A stretch of DNA of 64,000 nt from Octopus vulgaris (GCA_951406725.2 OX597827.1:3658001-3722000); one strand, 5' to 3'. Shown: positions 25,652-38,230, counted from the first letter of the stretch. The notes: generated by a model not told the origin, from the sequence alone. Numbers and translations are program-made.

Positions 25652-26251
25652 ATGATGATGATGATGATGATGATATATATATATAGTGTTCTTTTTTTTT
25701 TTGGAACAGTGGATATAGAAGCACATAAAGCTATAGATAACAGCTTGTAAATATTGGGCTAAAATACCCTAACAGATAGAAAAATTCAAAGGCTTCATGT
25801 GGGACTTGAACTCATATCTCTTGAAAACATTCTACCATCACACCAAAGCAACCCTTTGAATTTATCTATTTTAGATACTTTATTCTTACCAGTAAGGATT
25901 GTATGTTGATGAACATCATAAGAATTTATAAACTTTCGAGAGAATCATATCATGTTCTCTGAAAAGTTTAAAAGTTCTTATGACATCGGCAAATGCGTAT
26001 GTATGTATGTAATAGCTGGGTTTTTTTTTTCAAACTTATGATATTGAAAGCACAACTATATTCAAATTTAATCAATTTTTATTAATGAATTTTCATTGTT
26101 CCTTATTAATATTTTATGCTAAAATTGGAACATTTCAAAATTTATGAGTCTTTTTTTATACTTCTCAGTCTCATCTTCTGAATGAAGTTGTCAGTGGCAT
26201 TTGTCTTACTGGTGTATTTTTTTTATTGATCCATGAGTATAATGTAATTTA

Positions 26252-26294
<43 letters not shown>

Positions 26295-26654
26295 GTGTGT
26301 GTGTGTCTGTGTGTGTAAGTTTATGAAAATTAATAAACAATTAAACTTGGATGCAAGTGTGTCTTCAATATTAAAGGGTTGAAATAAAGTTGTTTTCTAT
26401 ATGCATACATCTACACATACATACATAAATACGTGTGTATATCTATCGCTTAATCTTCCCTTCTTTCTCACTCTGTGTGTGTATATATATATATATATAT
26501 CTGATCTGGCAATGCAGAAACATTGTCAGATCAGATAGGAGCCTGGTGAAGCTGCTGGCTCTCCAGACCTCAGTCGAACCGTCCAACCCATGCCAGCAGG
26601 GAAAAACGGACGTTAAATGATGATGATGATGATTATATATATATATATATATAT

Positions 26655-27498
26655 AGGCGAGAAATTGTCAGAAGGCCTCCAGGATAGCAAAACGACCCAT
26701 GAATCACAACGAAAACAGTGAAGTTTGGAAGTAAGAGTCTGATGCTTTGGGGATGCATAAAAAGTGATGGTTCAAGGAAGTTGGTTAAAATTGATGGTAA
26801 TTTGACTTGTGTCAAATACATCCAGTTGCTGAAGGACAATTTGATACCAGATTTAGATGAAGGTGAGATCTTTCAGCATGATGGAGCTCCATGCCACAGA
26901 TCATGTGCAACACAACAGTGTCTGGCTGGTGAAGGTGTTGCCATATTGAAAGATTGTCCAGCTCAGAGCCATGACTTAAATATCATTGAGCAAATGTGGA
27001 CAGAACTAAAGAGAAGAGTTCATCAGAAGAATCCACACAATCTTGAAGAGTTGCAGGAGTTCAGCCACAGAGAATAGCATCTCATACCTGTGAAGATGGT
27101 GAAGGATTTGTACTCATCTCTTCCCAGGCATATTAAAGCAATCATTTAAACTAAGGGAAGCCACACGAAATATCAACAATGTACAGTAACTTCTTGAAAT
27201 GAACATTATGTAATAAACTTTCATTTTAGACATTTTTCTGTTTTAAAACACTGTATCTTGGTTGGTTTATGTGAGGTAGCCGGAAACATTTGCCTGGCCA
27301 TTTTTTTATGGTCGTCTTGCATCTTCCCCTCTCATTCAGAACCCCTGCTACAAAATATAATGATTAGGTATGGAAATGACTCCACCAGGGCCAATGTTCC
27401 ATCTGTAAAAAACGCAATGTAAAACATCCACTTACAAGTTGGCAGTTGCTGGGAATGTAGGATAGTTTAAAGTGGCCGAAGACTTTTGCATGGTACTG
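26655..27498 (+). mobile_element. 5'-truncated Tc1-family transposon: transposase pseudogene C-terminal half and right TIR
   Basis: ORF 26718-27077 KFGSKSLMLWGC..FQHDGAPCH..CPAQSHDLNIIEQMWTELKRRV; continues past stops to LYSSLPRHIKAII*TKGSHTKY; ends gacttttgcatggtaCTG|TA (CAGT terminus, TA target). Confidence 0.92.
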
Positions 27499-27500
27499 TA

Positions 27501-27568
<68 letters not shown>

Positions 27569-27649
27569 GTATGCATATATATTATAAATGTATATATATA
27601 TATATATATATATACATATGTGTATATATATATACATGTATGTGTATGT

Positions 27650-27681
<32 letters not shown>

Positions 27682-27714
27682 TATATAACACATATGCATA
27701 CATATACATATATA

Positions 27715-27785
<71 letters not shown>

Positions 27786-28849
27786 GATAGATATGTACAC
27801 GTATCTTTCAAGCTCTACCTTATCCACACACATCTTTTGATCTGGATGTATACACACACACACACTTATATATATACGCATATATACATATATGTGTGTG
27901 CAATGGGTGGCAGTTTTATACAAATCGATCACTTTTTCTTTTGGTACTTTTTTTATTACACTTTGTTGTTTGTTTTTTGTTTCTGGTTATTTCTTGTATT
28001 ATTGTTTGTTTGGGGGATTTTTTTTTTTGTTAAATTGTTAGATTTTTCTGAATTTTTACCTTGAGTAAATGACTTCTATTTCTTTTCTTCTCATCATCAT
28101 CAGATGATGACGATGACGGTAAGGATGATGACAATCACGACTATATTTACCTGTCTACTATCCTATCTTACCTTAAATGTACCGTTATTAATTTTCACTA
28201 GCAGCAAGATATTAGAAATTTATTTTTCTATGGATATTTTTTTTTTCCTTCTTTTTTTTTGTCTCTTAAAGGAAATTGCTTTCTCTCCAAGAAATTCCTT
28301 TCTTCATCTCTTTTTTTTCTTTCCTCCTCTGTTCTGCACATCATTCCTCTTAATAAAGTTACTTGCATCTTGCTTATAGTTCAATCATCACCACTTTTTC
28401 TAAAACTATCTGCCACTAATTTTGTTTTTTTTGTTTCTTTAACTATCTCTAAGTATCGTTTTTCTTCAGGTAGTTTTTAAATGATGTACCTTTTATAACT
28501 TCCCGTGATTGCTTCAAATAATTTTTGTCATTTTGATCAATGATAAAACTGCCATTTCACAACAGTTCAGTTGTAAGTATCACTAATATTGATTTCTGAT
28601 ACAGGCACAAGGCCTCAGATTTGTGTGTAGGAGTAGAGAGAGAGAGAGAGATATTCGATTATATGAATACTAGTATTTATCTATCTTTTACTTGTTTCAG
28701 TTATTTGAACGTGGCCATGCTGGGGCACCACTTTCAAGGCTTTAGTTGAACAAATCAACCCCCAGTATCTACTTTTAAGTCTGGTAATCTGTCTCCCACT
28801 TTCACTCTTTCTCCCTCTTTATATGTGTGTGTGTGTGTGTGTGTATGTG

Positions 28850-28945
<96 letters not shown>

Positions 28946-29302
28946 CCAGCATAGAAAACAGACATTACATGATGATGATGATGATGAGGATGATGATGAT
29001 GATGATATCTCTGTGTGTATATTTGTATCTTTGTGTCTTGACATGGTGTGATAGTTGTCAATGATAAGCACTGTCATACAAGCAGTGTCGTTTTTTTCCA
29101 ATACTCTGCAGGAAAACATCTGGTCATGGGGGAAATATTACCTCGCTTGGAAACAGGAGAGGTTTAGTAATGAGAAAGACATTCAGGTGTAGAAAACCTG
29201 TCATAGTAAACCCCATCCGACTCATACAAGCATGGAAAAGTGGATGTTAAAATGGTGGTGATGATAATGGTGCATGCTTCTAAGTCATACTCACTTGTTA
29301 GT

Positions 29303-29514
29303 TATGTTAGTTAGTTAGTTAGTTAGTTAATTTGGCTCAAAAGCAAATAGCAAGGCCATGTAGGGGGACATGGAGTTAAGTACAGGGTGGTGTTCATGTA
29401 AAGAGTTCAGGCCACTTGAGGTCCAGGGAGGCTTTGAACAAAGCGGTCGTCGGCATCTTCACCATCTCGTCTGGCAGCTTGTTCCACGGATCCGCAACCT
29501 GGACGGAGAAAGCT
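29303..29514 (-). mobile_element. CR1-type LINE 3' fragment, copy 1, (TAAC)n tail
   Basis: Minus strand AFSVQVADPWNKLPDEMVKMPTTALFKASLDLKWPELFT*; homologous to 39859-40235. Confidence 0.85.
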
Positions 29515-29719
29515 TGTGTGTGACAGTTGGCTGTACCTTTTATGATTAACATCAGATGCAATGGTCTTAGTAAACATTATTTCTGTTACCATGTACTTGA
29601 GGCATATACATTACTATTTGTGTTATGCATGCATCTAATCCATTTGCTCTTACCTTTATCTTTATGCATGGACACATGCATGCACATAAATGTGTACCAT
29701 TCTAAATCTCTGTCTTTAA

Positions 29720-29848
29720 CCTTTAGCATGCTTAGGCACATCATGTCACTGCATGAGTTTTCTCCCCTGTAGCTGCAGGCACTTTGTGTTGCATTGAAAG
29801 GGGAGAAACCTCATGTGGTAACATGATGCACCTACAGCATGCTTAAGG
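29720..29848. mobile_element. Palindromic MITE with piggyBac-like TTAA|CC ends
   Basis: About 54-bp imperfect inverted arms (29716-29769, 29799-29852); flanked by ttaa and ttag. Confidence 0.7.
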
Positions 29849-31756
29849 TTAGAAGTGTTCTAACTAGGATCTAGTATTTTTGGAAAGAGTTCTAACAATG
29901 ACCATCCTACATTCTGAAAGTGACCACCATGTCCTCTTAAGCCAAAATGCTCCTTGTGTCGAAGTGTACACTCCCTTTTTTTGTTTATAAATAAAAATTA
30001 AATAATGTAGTAAAGGATTCACTATGCCTGGAAAATAAAATATTTTCAATGGTCATAAGTGGAGTGCCTTTGACCATCAATTTTTTTACGGAAATTGACA
30101 AGGACCTAAATAAACTACAATAACAATGGTTTTATGTATATTTAAGTATGTCTGTTTGTGTGTATATATGTATATATATGTTTATGTGTGTGTTGTAGTC
30201 CCACAGACTACAAAACATTATCCAAGGTGTCCTTAAAAAAAGAAACAAAGTAAAAATAAGAAGAGATGGAGCATGGGAAGGTCACAGTTGGAACACTCAA
30301 AAGAAAAAAAAAATCAATGAAAAGGTGATCACAGTTAAAACACTTTAAAAAAGATTGAATTCTTAATTGGAATGTTTAAAACAAAAGAAAAAAGAAATAA
30401 ATAAACGGGACAGTATCATCCTTAGCAGACTTTTGGAATTGCTGTCCTTGGCAAGTTGGATTTTCTCCATTTTCATGGGAATTTTTCAGTCCCTTTTTTT
30501 TTTATGTACCACACTTTAAAATGATGTGGGAGAAGCTTTTTCTAAAAAAAAATTGAATGTTGTTCCCACTTCTCAGCCACCCTCTGCCCCCCCCCCATAT
30601 TACAATAGCTTTTACCATTAAAAACAAGTTTTGCACCTCTTCTTGTATTCCATATTCTGAAAGCACATGTAATCAAAATTTTCAGAGAAAAAAAAAATTA
30701 AAATCCATATATTTTAAACGTCTCACACAAACTAAAACTTACCTCCCCCATCCATCATCATCATCATCGTTTAACGTCTGCTTTCCATGCTAGCATGGGT
30801 TGGACTGTTCGACTGGGATCTGGGAAGCCAGGAGGCTGCACCAGGCCCAGTCTGATCTGGCAGAGTTTCTACAGCTGGATGCCCTTCCTAATGCCAACCA
30901 CTTCGTGAGTGTAGTGGGTGCTTTTTACGTGATAGACGAGGCTGGCAACGGCCACGATCGGTTGGTGCTTTTTACGTGCCACCAGCACGGAGGCCAGTTG
31001 AGGCGGCGCTGGCAACGGCCACATTCGGATGGTACTTTTATGTGCCACTAGCACTGAAAGCATTGTACTGTATTCCACATTCTGAATCCTAGAATTCGCA
31101 TTTAAAACAACAAAATATAGATTCTTGATTCCCCACTTTATCATGTCTTACACACAAAAAAAAAATATCTCTAAGACTATAATTTCAGACATTTAAAATG
31201 TAGAAAATAGTATTTATAATTGCAGTAAAGTATTAATAGGACCATGAAAATCCCCTCTGTCTATTAGGGCAACAGCTTGTCACATCAGTATCTTGTCCTC
31301 AGTTTCTAGTTATTTTGGACTTGTGTGGGACATGAAATCATGGCTTGTTAAATTAAATTTGATGGACATTATACCAATGTAAACCAGGCAAGTGTTAATA
31401 TAGTCTTGTTTTTCTCTTACTTTAATGTTTACGCTGTATGGAAAAAAAGTTTTTACAGTATTGCAAATGTATAGAAGAAAAATGACAAAAATAAAACAAC
31501 CAAAAAAAATTCATAACAATTGAGAGAAGAACGACGAAAAATGTGGAAGTCGAGTTCTTTCACGATTTGGAATACAAGGAAATGTGTGAAAAACAAGCAA
31601 ACAATAAAATGAGTAAAAATAACGAAAAATAAATTTTAGCGGTGGTGGTGGTGGTGGTGGGGGGGGGGGCACATATAAATATTACATGAATTGGATTTTT
31701 TCTTTTTCTCAAAAAATTTGGATTACGTGTTTCAAAATATGGAATATAATAACGAT

Positions 31757-32026
31757 ACTACTTGAGAACACTGGTCCCGGTGCGCGCACTCGCGTATTCA
31801 CGCACCCGCACTAGCTAGTCATGACTAGTCGATCCTTACTTTGTATTTTTGTTTTTCTTATTTACTTTGTTTAACAAAAATTATTTATTTTGTCTAAAAA
31901 AAATTATCTATTTTGTGTTTTATTTACTTTGCTAGGTAGTCGTTGTAGGATCGACTAGTCACGACTAGCTAGCGCGGATGCGCGACTACGCGAGTGCGCG
32001 CACCGGGACCACTGTTCTCAAGCAGT
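31757..32026. mobile_element. CpG-rich MITE with about 80-bp terminal inverted repeats
   Basis: cttgagaacactggtcccggtgcgcgcactcgcgta..gactagtcgatcct (31761-31836) is the reverse complement of 31947-32022 with few mismatches; T-rich spacer of about 110 bp. Confidence 0.85.
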
Positions 32027-32567
32027 GCCTATAATAACTAAGTGTTGGGGGTGAGGGGTTAATGGTGATGTCTGTCGTGAAAGTACGACGAGTGGATCCA
32101 ACGTTTAAAAAAATTATGGATCTAAATTTTTTTTCTTTGTTTATTCGAAAGGCTTTCCTCGACAGTTTGAAGTTCACGGTAAGGAAAAACAATGAAAAAG
32201 AGGAAAATCCGATGTTGGACAGTTTACTCCGGCTTCTGCTTTTAGGCACAAGGCCAGCAACTTTTAGTAGAAAGAGCTTTAGTGGACACCATCAATCCCA
32301 GTACTTAACTGATTTTATTGACTCTGTCGGAATGAAATATAAAAGTTGGCTTCTGCGGAATTTCAACAAAATAAAAGAGAAATGTGGTTCTTTTCTTGTG
32401 TGAGAAGAGGGCATGAAAAGTGACCTCCCTTGCGATGTCAATGCATAGAAGCTTCTCTGCTAAGATATAGAAGTGCACACACGCAAATACATTCGCGCTC
32501 GAACACACGCACCTGAGAGGGAAAAGTATTCAGTATATATTGCTGAGTAAATTATACGCAGCTATAT

Positions 32568-32786
32568 ATATTTCTTTACTACCCACAAGGGGCTAAACAC
32601 AGAGGGGAACAAACAAGGACAGACATAGGCATTAAGTCGAATACATCGACCCCAGTGCGTAACTGGTACTTAAGTTATGAAAGGCAAAGTCAACCTCGAC
32701 GGAATTTGAACTCGGAACGTAACGACAGACGAAATACGGCCACGCATTTCGCCCGGCGTGCTAACGTTTCTGCCAGCTCGCCGCCT
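32568..32786 (-). mobile_element. SINE family A, near full length with an internal deletion
   Basis: Ends gcatttcgcccggcgtgctaacgtttctgccagctcgccgcc, the reverse complement of the head at 58241. Confidence 0.9.
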
Positions 32787-33405
32787 TCTTTCGCGGCTAT
32801 ATATAAGTATATACATACATATGCATTTGCACGCTTACATACGTATGGACACACATGCAACTCAATCATGTATTTAGGAACCCCAAAGAATTCTTGTCAC
32901 TTTGTTAGCGATCAGCTTTAATTCCATTAAAAACTTCAATTAATCTCGAAGAAAAACATAGAGACGTGGGCATAGTTATTCAAGCGTGCCGTAAATGCAC
33001 AAAATCATACAACCACCAATCTCAAGAACTGTCTTGACTGAAATCAAAAGAAATTTCTGGAGGAACTCCAGTTCTGCAAAGCACAAGAACCCTACAATAC
33101 GTTCGTCCATTCCTCACCCCTCTATTATGTGTGTACGTTCAAATGCCGCTGGGGTCGACTTTGCCTTTCATCCTTTTGGAGTTGATAAAACAAGTACCAG
33201 TTGAGCATTAGGGTCGACGTAATCGGTCTTGTCCCCACCCACCCCAAAATTGCTGGCTTTGTGTTGTAATGTGAAACATGTATGTATGCATGTAGGTAGG
33301 TAAGTACGTGTATCTGTATTTATGTATGTACATATGAATGTATGTATGTATCTACCTATGTACGTACGTACCTATGTGTGTATGTACATGAGCGTGTGTG
33401 TGTGT

Positions 33406-33469
<64 letters not shown>

Positions 33470-33538
33470 GTGTGTGTATGTGTTTATACAGCACGGCTTC
33501 TATTTTCCTATTCCTTGTTATATCAAATAAAACTAAAA

Positions 33539-34481
33539 TTCAATAGGTTAATGTTTTCCAGGAGGTCCGCACGGAAAAACCGACTTCCTTTTCTTTTAAT
33601 TTCTTTTTTTCAGCGAATTCCTATGTTTTCGATTACGGAGATTCCGAATTTGCCAAAGAAAAAAATACCATGGAAAAATATGGAGATTAAGAATATGGAA
33701 AAGAAAAAAAAAAATAATTAATTTCAAATTTTCTATGAGAAAACTCCAAAATCAATTCATACACCCCTCGTCACCCCATCCCACTGTCTAAAAGTGAAAA
33801 TGAACGGTTTGTGTGTGTGTGTGTGCGAATGAACAGAGAAAGTTTGCTTCTATCAGGACCGTTTACCTTTCAAGCGAAAAAGCAAAACCTACGTATACGA
33901 CAGGTGTGTAAAATATATTTCGGTGTGCTTTCTCTGCACATATTCAGAACCTCCGTCGGCGATTTTTCATCTCTAGTAGACCTTTCCGTCGATTTCCGTA
34001 AAATTTTTTTTTTTTTTACATATGGGCTTGCGGGAACTTTTGAAGTAATATACATACATATACACATACAGCGAGTAAAAATTTCAGTTATCTCTTTCTT
34101 TCACACATTACTCTGTCTCTTCACACACACTAACAGAAGCACTTCACTTACACAACATACTGTCTCCCACACCCCATCAAACACACACACACACACATGT
34201 ACATCAATGCTTGCCATGCACGGTAACTTCAAAAGAACTTCCCTCGTCATACAATCGCTTTCTCTTAGTCTCTTTCGCTCTCATTACTTCAAAAGTTCCC
34301 GCAAGCCCATATGTAAAAAAAAAAAATTTTTTTACGGAAATCGACGGAAAGGTCTACTAGAGACGAAAGATTGCCCCTCCGTCATCGAAAACATATCGAT
34401 CCGCTGAAAAAATTAGTTAAAAAAAAAAAAAACGGGTCGGGGTTTTCCGTGCGTATGTACTTGTAAACATTAACCATTGAA
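33539..34481. mobile_element. Non-autonomous DNA element with outer TIRs and an inner 92-bp inverted repeat
   Basis: Outer arms 33539-33584 and 34436-34481; inner arms 33958-34049 and 34283-34375. Confidence 0.7.
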
Positions 34482-35613
34482 TGCATGACATTTCATAAAT
34501 TATAGCCACAATAAAAATGACAAACGATACAAAATTTTAGCTGACAAAACAAATTGGAATATTTGTGGAACAAAACGTAAAAATATTTTTTCACGATACA
34601 AAATATGTTAAGACCTGGATACAATTTGGTTATCTCCCTTGCATCTGTTTGACAGCTGAATGCGTTGCCTGGTTCAACCCACCTCATAACAGTCTAGCTT
34701 TTATTTTTCAGTCAAGAGCAAATCTGCGCCCGCGGGAATTTCTGGATAGTATGACTAACAAAAGACTATTTACAGTTTTTTAGTGGTGAGACCCAAGGCG
34801 CTGCTCAAAAAAAAAAAACAAAAAAAAAAAACCAGAAGAGGCGCAGGAGTGGCTATGTGATAAGTGGTTCCGGGTTCAGTCCCGGGCAAGTGTCTTCTAC
34901 TATAGCCTCGGGCCGACCTAAGCCTTGTGAGTAGATTTGGTAGACGGAAACTGGAAGAAGCCCATCGTATATATGTGTATATATATATATGTTTGTGTGT
35001 GTATATGTTTGTGTGTCTGTGTTTGTCCCCCAACATCGCTTGACAACAGATGCTGGTGTGTTTACGATAGAATAAGTACTAGGCTTACAAAGAATAAGTC
35101 CTGGGGTCGATTTGCTCGACTGAAAGGTGGTGCTCCAGCATGGCCGAAGTCAAATGACTGAAACAGGTAAAAGAATAAAAGAATGTCTGTTCTATTTTTT
35201 TGGTTTCAGTCATTTGACTCTGCTCATACTGGAATAACAACTCAAGATTCGACCCCATTCCTCATTTTTTAAAGTCTCGTACTCATCCCAGGGGTCTCTT
35301 TCGCTGAACAGTTAAGTTACGAGGACGTAGACAAACCATCACCAGTTGTCGAGTAGTGGAAGGGCAACACACACACATATATATAATGAGCTTCCACACA
35401 GTTTCCATCTACCAAGTTCACTCACATAGCATTCGTTGACTGGGGCTTTACAAGAAATTACTTCCAATGGGATGAATCTTTCAACCACTTGGTTGCAAAG
35501 CAAGCTTCTTAACCTCACAGCCACGCATCTGCCTTTCATAATTGATCATTTCTTAATTAGGCACATTGAACTATAAACTTTGGTCATAGAGCAAGAGGTG
35601 AATAAGTCTGGGT

Positions 35614-35645
<32 letters not shown>

Positions 35646-35755
35646 ACACACTCACACACACACACACACGCACACACGCACATACACACACATACACACA
35701 CACATACACACACACACACACACATACACACACACACAGACACAGACACACAGAC

Positions 35756-35788
<33 letters not shown>

Positions 35789-36384
35789 TACACACACACA
35801 CACATACACACACACACACACACATGCACATGGAAAGAATTGAATTAATATTTTTTATTTATAAGCTGAGGAGCTGCATCAGTGACCCAAGAGCCCAGAG
35901 TTTCTTGTCAGGAGACTTTGATTGGTGGTCTGGGTTCCTATGTCACTGCTGTAGTGTTTTGGTTATGAATGAAATAAAATATTATGTATGTATGCAGGTG
36001 TTGCTGTGTAGCTAAGAAGCTTGCTTGCAACTATGTGGTTTCGGGTTCAGTCCCACTACATGGCTGCTTGGGCAAGTGTCATTTACTATAATCCTGGGCC
36101 GACCAATGCCTTTTGAGTGAATATGGTTGACAGGAAAGAAGGTGGAAGCCCATTATATGTGTGTGTGTATATGAGTTTCCGTGTGATTGTGTAGGTACCC
36201 CATCCCACTTGACAACCAATGTTGGTTTGTTTTTGTCCTGATAATTTAAGGGTTCAGCAAAAGAGGATGAAAGAATGAGTACCAGGCTTTAAGAAGTAAG
36301 CACTGGGGTCAATTTCTTTGACTAATCCTTTCAAGGCAATGCCCCTGCATGGCTGCACCAATGACTGAAACTATTAAAAGATAA

Positions 36385-36790
36385 GGAGTGGCTGTGTGGT
36401 AAGTAGCTTGCTTACCAACCACATGGTTCTGGGTTCAGTCCCACTGCATGGCACCTTGGGCAAGTGTCTTCTACTATAGCTTCGGGCCGACCAAAGCCTT
36501 GTGAGTGGATTTGGTAGACAGAAACTGAAAGAAGCCCATTGTATATATGTATATGTATATATATGTGTGTGTGAGTGTGTTTGTGTGTCTGTGTTTGTCC
36601 CCCTAGCATTGCTTGACAACCGATGCTGGTGTGTTTATGTCCCCGTTACTTAGCGGTTCAGCAAAAGAGACCGATAGAATAAGTACTGGGCTTACAAAGA
36701 ATAAGTCCCGGGGTCGAGTTGCTCGATTAAAGGCGGTGCTCCAGCATGGCTGCAGTCAAATGACTGAAACAAGTAAAAGAGTAAAAGAGA
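36385..36790 (+). mobile_element. SINE family B, full-length reference copy (tRNA-like head, CORE-like ccttgggcaagt, internal microsatellite, LINE-like tail)
   Basis: ggagtggctgtgtggtaag..gggttcagtccc..ggtgctccagcatggctgcagtcaaatgactgaaacaagtaaaaga. Other copies at about 34838-35185 (+), 35190-35530 (-), 35992-36375 (+), 38960-39365 (-), 40960-41200 (+), 43190-43445 (+), 43627-44010 (+), 63730-63830 (-). Confidence 0.9.
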
Positions 36791-37300
36791 GAGTAAAGAG
36801 TATGCTATTATTTGTTAGTCTTGCAACAGTTGTTGTATAGCTTCTACCTGCTATCATATATCAGTTATGTAGTATCTGCCTGTCCTCATCTGTTAGCCTA
36901 ACACTTGTTGTACAGCTTTTTGCTTGCAATCATTTTTTAGCCTAACAATCGTTGTTGTGTAGCTTCTGCCTCCTTTCACTTCTGAGCCTAACAACAGTTG
37001 TTCTTTATTCTCTATCTGCCATCCATTGTTCTATAGTCTTGACCAGCCACAATCGATTGTTCCTCACAATAGTTGTTATGTAGCCGCTTTCGGTTCTGAT
37101 TCATCAGTCCTATCTAAAGATGAAGCGAGATTTAAGCATAATTGACTTATTGATGTAAACTGCTCGTAATGTAAGCTGCTGCCAACGAAACCTACGACGT
37201 CGACCTTAAGGGACTCGAACTGCCAAAACTTATAATTTACTAATAATTGGAAAGAAATAATCATTGAAAATATTATGCTCATAAGAATTGGATTGAAGGT

Positions 37301-37308
37301 GGAAGAGT

Positions 37309-37344
<36 letters not shown>

Positions 37345-37382
37345 GGGAGAGAGAGAGAGTGGGAGAGAGAGAGAGAGAGAGT

Positions 37383-37417
<35 letters not shown>

Positions 37418-37466
37418 GGAGAGAGAAAGAGAGGAAGGGGAGAGAAACAAGGAAGGAGCGAGAGAG
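37301..37466. repeat. (GA)n polypurine microsatellite
   Basis: Direct inspection. Confidence 0.95.
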
Positions 37467-37920
37467 TCAAAACGATATTCTGAAGTTCAAGGTGTAAGGG
37501 AAATAACTCTGTCGAACAACAAATTTTATTGAACCTGTCCTGCTCAACTTGACAATCGATGCTGGGTTTGTTTTACTAATCTCGTAACTTAACAGTTCGG
37601 CAAAAATTGACCCAATATTAATATTAAGTCCTAAGATTGTTTTGATTGACTAAACCCCCTAGCATGGTCCAAAACCATTGACTGCATTTAGTCAAAAGAA
37701 GAAAAGAATGTTATGTGTATTTATGAACTGATAATTTGTGGGCGTAACATGTACAAAGAACACACACACACACACTTTGGGTTTGTTGAAAGATGCTGTT
37801 TGGTGGTAAAGGAGGAAGCTTTCAAACTGCAGTGCTTCAGTTCGGTCACACTGTACAGCAGCTTCAGTGAGTGAATTTGTTAGGCAGAGACTGAAAGACA
37901 ACTGTCGTGTGTGTGTGTGT

Positions 37921-38230
37921 GGAGGCGCAATGGCCCAGTGGTTAGGGCAGCGGACTCGTGCTCGTAGGATCGCAGTTTCGATTCCCAGACTGGGTGTTGT
38001 GAGTGTTTATTGAGTGAAAACACCTAAAGCTTCACGAGGCTCTGGCAGGGGGTGGTGGCGATCCATGCTGTACTCTTTCACCACAACTTTCTCTCACTCT
38101 TTCTTCTGTTGGCCTGCTCGCTGAGCAAGTGGGGTGGCGTCATTTGAAGGCTACAACAATGCGAAGCGCATTGTGACCAGCGATGTGTAACAACATCTGA
38201 TAGCCTGGTTGGTCACGGTGATCACGGTGA
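37921..38230 (+). mobile_element. tRNA-derived SINE (family E)
   Basis: Head ggaggcgcaatggcccagtggttagggcagcggac..gtttcgattccc (A/B boxes); ends in duplicated tcacggtga; sits between (GT)n and (TA)n. Confidence 0.75.

Noticed and set aside
33811-34407. 198-aa ORF
   Set aside because: GTG start in a (GT)n run, lies across an inverted-repeat element and microsatellite, no recognisable domain.
37080-37110. Minus-strand CTGATGA..GAAA hammerhead-like spacing
   Set aside because: Stem II (atcagaacc) and stem I do not pair; likely chance.
37921-37995. Possible tRNA gene
   Set aside because: A/B boxes are present but there is no proper cloverleaf or poly-T terminator, and it continues into a SINE body.
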